DNA of 32,000 nucleotides from Mycobacterium tuberculosis H37Rv (GTDB lineage Bacteria; Actinomycetota; Actinomycetes; Mycobacteriales; Mycobacteriaceae): NCBI RefSeq assembly GCF_000195955.2, contig NC_000962.3, positions 2,880,001 to 2,912,000 of the forward strand, read 5' to 3'. Shown piece by piece: positions 26,814 to 32,000 of this stretch (position 1 is its first letter; each line of letters starts with the position of its first letter). The notes under the pieces were generated by a model. It saw only the letters and a program-made list of their open reading frames with translations, ran no database searches and was not told where the DNA came from. The position numbers and the translations under genes were made by a program.

Positions 26814-27740
26814 ATGGGCCACTTGACACCGGTCGCGGCGCCCCGATTAGCCTGTGCTTTCGTGCCGACCAATGCTCAGCGACGTGCCACAGCCAAACGC
26901 AAACTCGAACGACAACTAGAGCGCCGCGCCAAGCAAGCCAAACGCCGTCGCATCTTGACTATCGTCGGTGGCTCACTCGCAGCGGTGGCCGTGATCGTCG
27001 CGGTAGTCGTCACGGTGGTGGTCAACAAGGACGACCACCAGAGCACCACGTCAGCAACCCCCACCGACTCGGCCTCGACCAGCCCCCCGCAGGCCGCGAC
27101 CGCTCCCCCGCTGCCGCCGTTCAAGCCGTCGGCCAACCTCGGCGCCAACTGCCAGTACCCGCCGTCGCCGGACAAGGCCGTCAAACCGGTCAAGTTGCCC
27201 CGGACCGGCAAGGTACCCACCGACCCGGCCCAGGTCAGCGTGAGCATGGTGACCAACCAGGGCAACATCGGTCTAATGCTGGCCAACAACGAATCGCCGT
27301 GTACGGTCAATAGTTTCGTCAGCCTCGCGCAGCAGGGTTTCTTCAAGGGCACCACTTGTCACCGGCTGACCACCTCACCAATGTTGGCGGTTCTGCAATG
27401 CGGCGACCCTAAGGGCGACGGCACGGGCGGTCCGGGCTACCAGTTCGCCAACGAATACCCCACCGACCAATACTCGGCGAACGACCCCAAGTTGAACGAG
27501 CCCGTCATCTATCCGCGCGGGACACTGGCCATGGCCAACGCCGGCCCTAATACCAACAGCAGCCAGTTCTTCATGGTCTACCGGGACTCAAAGCTGCCAC
27601 CCCAATACACCGTGTTCGGCACGATCCAGGCCGACGGACTGACCACCCTGGACAAGATCGCCAAGGCCGGCGTCGCCGGTGGCGGCGAAGACGGCAAGCC
27701 CGCCACCGAAGTCACCATCACGTCGGTGCTGCTGGATTAG
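26814..27740 (+). CDS. ppiB: Membrane-anchored cyclophilin-type peptidyl-prolyl cis-trans isomerase
   Basis: 308 aa from the ATG at 26814. A GTG at 26862 (VPTNAQRRATAKRKLERQ) is an alternative start. It has a basic N-terminus, a TM helix (ILTIVGGSLAAVAVIVAVVVTVVV) and a Ser/Thr/Pro linker. The cyclophilin core reads FHRLT..LQCGDP.GDGTGGPGY...GTLAMANAGPNTNSSQFF. Confidence 0.93.
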   Translation: MGHLTPVAAPRLACAFVPTNAQRRATAKRKLERQLERRAKQAKRRRILTIVGGSLAAVAVIVAVVVTVVVNKDDHQSTTSATPTDSASTSPPQAATAPPLPPFKPSANLGANCQYPPSPDKAVKPVKLPRTGKVPTDPAQVSVSMVTNQGNIGLMLANNESPCTVNSFVSLAQQGFFKGTTCHRLTTSPMLAVLQCGDPKGDGTGGPGYQFANEYPTDQYSANDPKLNEPVIYPRGTLAMANAGPNTNSSQFFMVYRDSKLPPQYTVFGTIQADGLTTLDKIAKAGVAGGGEDGKPATEVTITSVLLD

Positions 27741-27749
27741 CCCGACGCT

Positions 27750-27813
27750 CGCCGAGCAGACACAGAATCGCACGAAATCAGCCCGCCCAATGCGATTCTG
27801 CGTCTGCTCGGCG
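27750..27813. terminator. Long imperfect inverted repeat; candidate bidirectional terminator between convergent ppiB and relA
   Basis: The left arm 27750-27772 (cgccgagcagacacagaatcgca) pairs with the right arm 27791-27813 (tgcgattctgcgtctgctcggcg) at 22 of 23 positions, with one A/C mismatch. The loop is 18 nt. There is no U-tract on either side. It fills most of the 85-bp spacer. Confidence 0.6.
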
Positions 27814-27825
27814 GAGAAAAGCGCG

Positions 27826-30198
27826 CTACGCGGCCGAGGTCACCCGGTAGACGTCGTAGACACCTTCGACGTTGCGGACGGCGTTGAGCAGGTGCCCGAG
27901 GTGCTTGGGGTCACCCATCTCGAAGGTGAATCGACTGATCGCCACCCGGTCCCCCGAAGTGGTGACCGACGCGGACAGGATATTGACCTTCTCGTCGGCC
28001 AGTGCGCGCGTCACATCCGACAGCAGCCGGTGCCGGTCGAGTGCCTCGACCTGGATTGCCACCAGAAACACCGACGACGGCGACGGCGCCCATAGCACCT
28101 CGATGATGCGCTCGGCCTGCTGCTGCAGCGATGCGGCGTTGGTGCAGTCGGTGCGGTGCACACTGACCCCGCCGCCACGGGTGACGAACCCCATAATCAC
28201 ATCGCCCGGAACCGGCGTGCAGCACTTGGCCAGCTTGGTCAGCACGCCCGGGGCGCCGGGGACGGAGACCCCGACATCGTCGGTGCTGCGTGGGCGCCGC
28301 GGCATGGTCGCCGGCGTGGACCGCTCGGCGAGTTCCTCTTCCGCCTGGTCGATACCGCCGAGCTCGGCCAACAACCGCTGCACGACGTGTTTCGCCGACA
28401 CGTGCCCCTCACCGATGGCGGTATAGAGTGCTGACACGTCCGCGTAGTGCAGCTCGCGGGCCACCGCCGCCATGGACTCACCATTGACCAAGCGCTGCAA
28501 CGGAAGTCCACCGCGGCGCACCTCGCGGGCCATCGCATCCTTACCGGTCTCCAACGCCTCCTCACGCCGCTCCTTGGCGAACCACTGGCGGATCTTCGTC
28601 TTTGCGCGCGGCGACACCACGAACTGCTGCCAGTCCCGCGACGGCCCGGCGTTCGGCGCCTTGGACGTGAAAACCTCGACAACTTCTCCGTTTTCCAGCT
28701 TGCGTTCCAGCGCTACCAACCGGCCGTTCACTCGGGCGCCGATGCAGCGGTGGCCCACCTCTGTGTGCACCGCGTAAGCGAAGTCCACCGGCGTCGAACC
28801 GGTTGGCAGCGTGATCACGTCGCCCTTGGGGGTAAACACGAAAATCTCTTGCACCGCAAGGTCGTAGCGCAATGATTCCAAGAACTCACCGGGGTCGGCC
28901 GCCTCACGTTGCCAGTCGAGCAGCTGACGCATCCAGGCCATGTCGTCGATCTCCGCGGCGGCATGCGGATGAAGAACACCGTTGCGGCCCTTGGCTTCTT
29001 TGTAGCGCCAATGCGCGGCGATGCCGTATTCGGCGGTGCGGTGCATGTCGCGGGTACGGATCTGCACTTCCAGCGGCTTGCCCTCAGGCCCGACCACAGT
29101 GGTGTGCAGTGACTGGTACACACCGTATCTGGGCTGGGCGATGTAGTCCTTGAACCGACCCGCCATCGGCTGCCATAGCGAATGCACTACGCCGACAGCC
29201 GCGTAGCAGTCCCGGATTTCGTCGCACAGGATGCGCACACCGACCAGGTCGTGGATGTCGTCGAAGTCGCGGCCCTTAACGATCATCTTCTGGTAGATCG
29301 ACCAATAGTGCTTGGGGCGGCCCTCCACCGTCGCCTTGATCTTCGACGCGGTCAGCGTGTTGACGATTTCGGCACGCACCTTGGCCAGGTAGGTGTCCCG
29401 GGACGGCGCGCGACCGGCGACCAGCCGGACGATCTCCTCGTACTTCTTGGGATGCAGGATCGCGAAGGACAGGTCCTCCAACTCCCACTTGACGCTGGCC
29501 ATGCCCAGCCGATGCGCCAGGGGTGCAATGACTTCCAACGTCTCACGGGCCTTGCGGGCCTGCTTCTCCGGCGGCAAGAAGCGCATGGTGCGCATGTTGT
29601 GTAACCGGTCAGCCACCTTTATCACCAGCACCCGCGGATCGCGGGCCATCGCGGTGATCATCTTGCGAATAGTCTCGCCTTCGGCGGCGCTGCCCAACAC
29701 CACCCGATCCAGCTTGGTCACCCCGTCGACGAGATGGCCCACCTCTTCGCCGAATTCCTCGGTCAACGCCTCCAGGGTGTAACCGGTGTCCTCGACGGTG
29801 TCGTGCAGCAGCGCGGCCACCAAAGTGGTGGTGTCCATGCCCAACTCGGCCAGAATGTTGGCAACGGCCAACGGGTGGGTGATGTAGGGATCACCGGACT
29901 GCCGCAACTGGCTGGCATGCCTTTGGTCAGCGACCTCGTAGGCTCGCTGCAAGATCGACAGGTCGGCCTTGGGATAGATCTCCCGGTGCACCGCCACCAA
30001 CGGCTCGAGCACCGGATTGGTGGTGCTGCGCTGGGCGGTCATCCGCCGGGCCAATCGGGCCCGCACCCGACGCGACGCGCTGATGCTGGTCTTAAGAGTC
30101 TCGACCGGCGACTCGGGCGTCTCGAGAGCGGGCTCGAGAGCCGCAGAAGCCTCCGTGGGCGGTGCAACCGCTTGCGCCGTGAGCTGGTCCTCGGCCAC
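27826..30198 (-). CDS. relA: Bifunctional (p)ppGpp synthetase/hydrolase (RelA/SpoT homologue)
   Basis: The HD hydrolase motif HDTVEDT is present, along with a synthetase domain ([21 protein letters not shown]) and TGS and ACT-like C-terminal domains. GTG at 30198 gives 790 aa and sits 9 nt after GGAGG. The upstream GTG at 30207 abuts the Shine-Dalgarno sequence. Confidence 0.96.
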
Positions 30199-30228
30199 GT
30201 TCGTCACCTCCGACCTAGAGGATATCCC

Positions 30229-30900
30229 TCACAGGCGGCTCAGGCTGTGCACCGGCAGCGGTGCGAGCGCCGCGCGACCGCTCAACCCCGCAAGTTCCAC
30301 CACTACGGCCGCCCCGGCCACGTTGGCGCCACCGCGCTCAAGCAGGCGTCGCGTCGCGCCGATGGTGCCGCCGGTTGCTAACACGTCGTCAATGATCACG
30401 ACACGGCGGCCCGCAACCTCGATGCCCTCAGCGAGAATCTCCAGAGTGGCGGCGCCGTACGCCCTGTAGTACTCCTCGCTGAGCACCGGCCGGGGCAGCT
30501 TGCCGCCCTTGCGAACGGCCAGCACACCCACTTCGAGCCGGGTGGCGACCGCGGCTGCCACCAGAAACCCGCGGGCGTCGACGCCGGCCACCAGGTCAGC
30601 TCCGGACGCCCGATCGGCCAGCGCTTCGGTTACCGCGGCCAATCCTCTTCGGTCGGCGAATAGCGGGGTGAGGTCCTTGAACTCGACGCCGGGAACCGGA
30701 AAGTCGGCCACATCCCGGGTCAGCGACGCAACCACGTCGGCCACAGATATGGCTGAGCTCCGGCGGGACTCACCGAGCGCCAATACCCGCCCGTCGTCGA
30801 CCCAACGCTGCCGGCGGCGCTTCCCCCGTGCCTTTAAGGAGAGCCCCGTCGCGATCACGTTCAACACGTAGTCACCAGCCCATGTACCGCCATGGCACAC
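30229..30900 (-). CDS. apt: Adenine phosphoribosyltransferase (start probably over-extended)
   Basis: The APRT core is [16 protein letters not shown]...GVDARGF...[13 protein letters not shown] (PRPP motif). The 223-aa ORF has about 40 extra basic N-terminal residues relative to typical APRTs of about 180 aa. Internal TTG and GTG candidates lie near 30735-30770. Confidence 0.88.
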
Positions 30901-31003
30901 ATCCTCTCCCAGACAGCCCGGAGCACCTGCGACACTACGCTCCGATAGGTCCGCTTCTCGTCGTGGAATTCTGTCAATTACCTGCAGATGGCACTGGCCA
31001 TCG

Positions 31004-32000
31004 TCACCGCGCCAGCGCCCAGCGATCCATGTTCCACCCTGCCCCCCATCGCGTCGGATTCCTGCTCACCGCATACATTTTCGTCGACATCAACAACGTG
31101 CGCTGCTGCCGGTACAACGGCAAGGTTGGCATCTCATCCCAGAGCACCGGCGCGGCCTCGGCAAGCAACCTGGCCCGCTCGGCGGGGTCGGCCGACACCG
31201 CGAGCGCGCTGATGATGCCGTCGATCTGAGCGTTTGCGTACCCCGATAGATTGTTTCCGTTGCCGCTGTGCAAGTCATAGGCATCCATCGCACACGATCC
31301 GCTCGATCCGCTGCCGGTGGCCCCACCGGTGCTCGCCAACAATACGTCAATCTTTCCGTCCCGCAGCGCTTGCGGTCCGGGTGTGTCCACCGTCACATCC
31401 GAAACGGTGATCCCGGCCGGGGCGCAGGCGTCGGCAATGGTTCCGATGGTGGCCGCCAACCGAGCGTTGGGCCTGCCGTAGCCGATCCGCACGGTCAGCG
31501 GCGTACCACCCAGCGCGTCGCGAGCGGCGGCGGGGTCCACCCGGCCGAACTGACGTGCTTCGGCGGCGCCGTCGGCATCGGTGAGGGCATCGTCGGTCGC
31601 CGGGGACAGCCGCGAGTTGGCAATCGGAACCCCGGCATCCCGAGCGATCGCGTCCCGGGGTACACACAACGCGAGCGCGCGGCGGGTGCGGCTTTGCGCG
31701 AGTGAACCTTGTGGTGCGAAGATCAGCTGCTCGATCCCGGCCGACGGGTAGTCGGTGCGCTGGTAGCTGTCGGGGGTTACCAGGGATCCCGATGAACCGG
31801 CCGCGACGTCGACCACGTCGACGCTGCGGTTGTTGACCCGGTCTTGGATATCGGCTCCCTGCGGCCAGACGGTGATCCGCTTCGTGATCGCCTTGGTGCC
31901 CCACCAACGATCATTGGCGACGAGCACCACGGCGCCATCGTCCAGGACGGATTCGATCTTGTACGGTCCCGACGAGGGGAAGCGGCTGCGGACTTCGTCG
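31004..32000 (-). CDS. Family-5 (DppA/OppA-like) solute-binding lipoprotein, C-terminal part; 5' end lies beyond the window (Rv2585c-like)
   Basis: The minus-strand frame stays open to the window edge ([37 protein letters not shown]...). This is the typical SBP_bac_5 pattern GPY...L..N..YWG. Stop at 31004. Confidence 0.85.
   Translation of the reverse strand, partial: DEVRSRFPSSGPYKIESVLDDGAVVLVANDRWWGTKAITKRITVWPQGADIQDRVNNRSVDVVDVAAGSSGSLVTPDSYQRTDYPSAGIEQLIFAPQGSLAQSRTRRALALCVPRDAIARDAGVPIANSRLSPATDDALTDADGAAEARQFGRVDPAAARDALGGTPLTVRIGYGRPNARLAATIGTIADACAPAGITVSDVTVDTPGPQALRDGKIDVLLASTGGATGSGSSGSCAMDAYDLHSGNGNNLSGYANAQIDGIISALAVSADPAERARLLAEAAPVLWDEMPTLPLYRQQRTLLMSTKMYAVSRNPTRWGAGWNMDRWALAR

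Overview
High-GC actinobacterial chromosomal segment. From gene order and protein sequences I recognise it as the Mycobacterium tuberculosis complex region Rv2560 to Rv2585c; landmarks are aspS, hisS, ppiB, relA, apt and dhaA. I call 25 protein-coding genes or fragments. I see no rRNA, tRNA, CRISPR array, intact IS element or prophage. Housekeeping genes (aspS, hisS, relA, apt, ppiB) are interleaved with poorly characterised conserved genes. The most interesting content is: (1) a convergent four-gene cluster (6454-14408) with two transglutaminase-like Cys peptidase domains, a GS-like amidoligase domain, a circularly permuted ATP-grasp plus alpha-E fusion and a zinc-ribbon HExxH peptidase. This is a predicted peptide-ligation or tagging system with no established substrate. 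(2) A cyclic-nucleotide neighbourhood (1409-6362): a cyclase-like gene split by a frameshift at a T7/G6 homopolymer site, then a MacB/FtsX-type ABC transporter whose ATPase carries a C-terminal cNMP-binding domain, then a cNMP-binding patatin phospholipase. (3) A near-consensus LexA SOS box inside back-to-back promoters of a radical-SAM gene and dhaA. (4) An unannotated decayed relic of a DUF222/REP13E12-type gene N-terminus in the dhaA-hisS spacer. (5) A 23-bp-stem hairpin between ppiB and relA. (6) A PanE-like gene whose Rossmann motif lies upstream of any canonical start codon. Starts were chosen from the ORF track plus domain logic. Family assignments rest on motifs I can read and on memory, not on searches.
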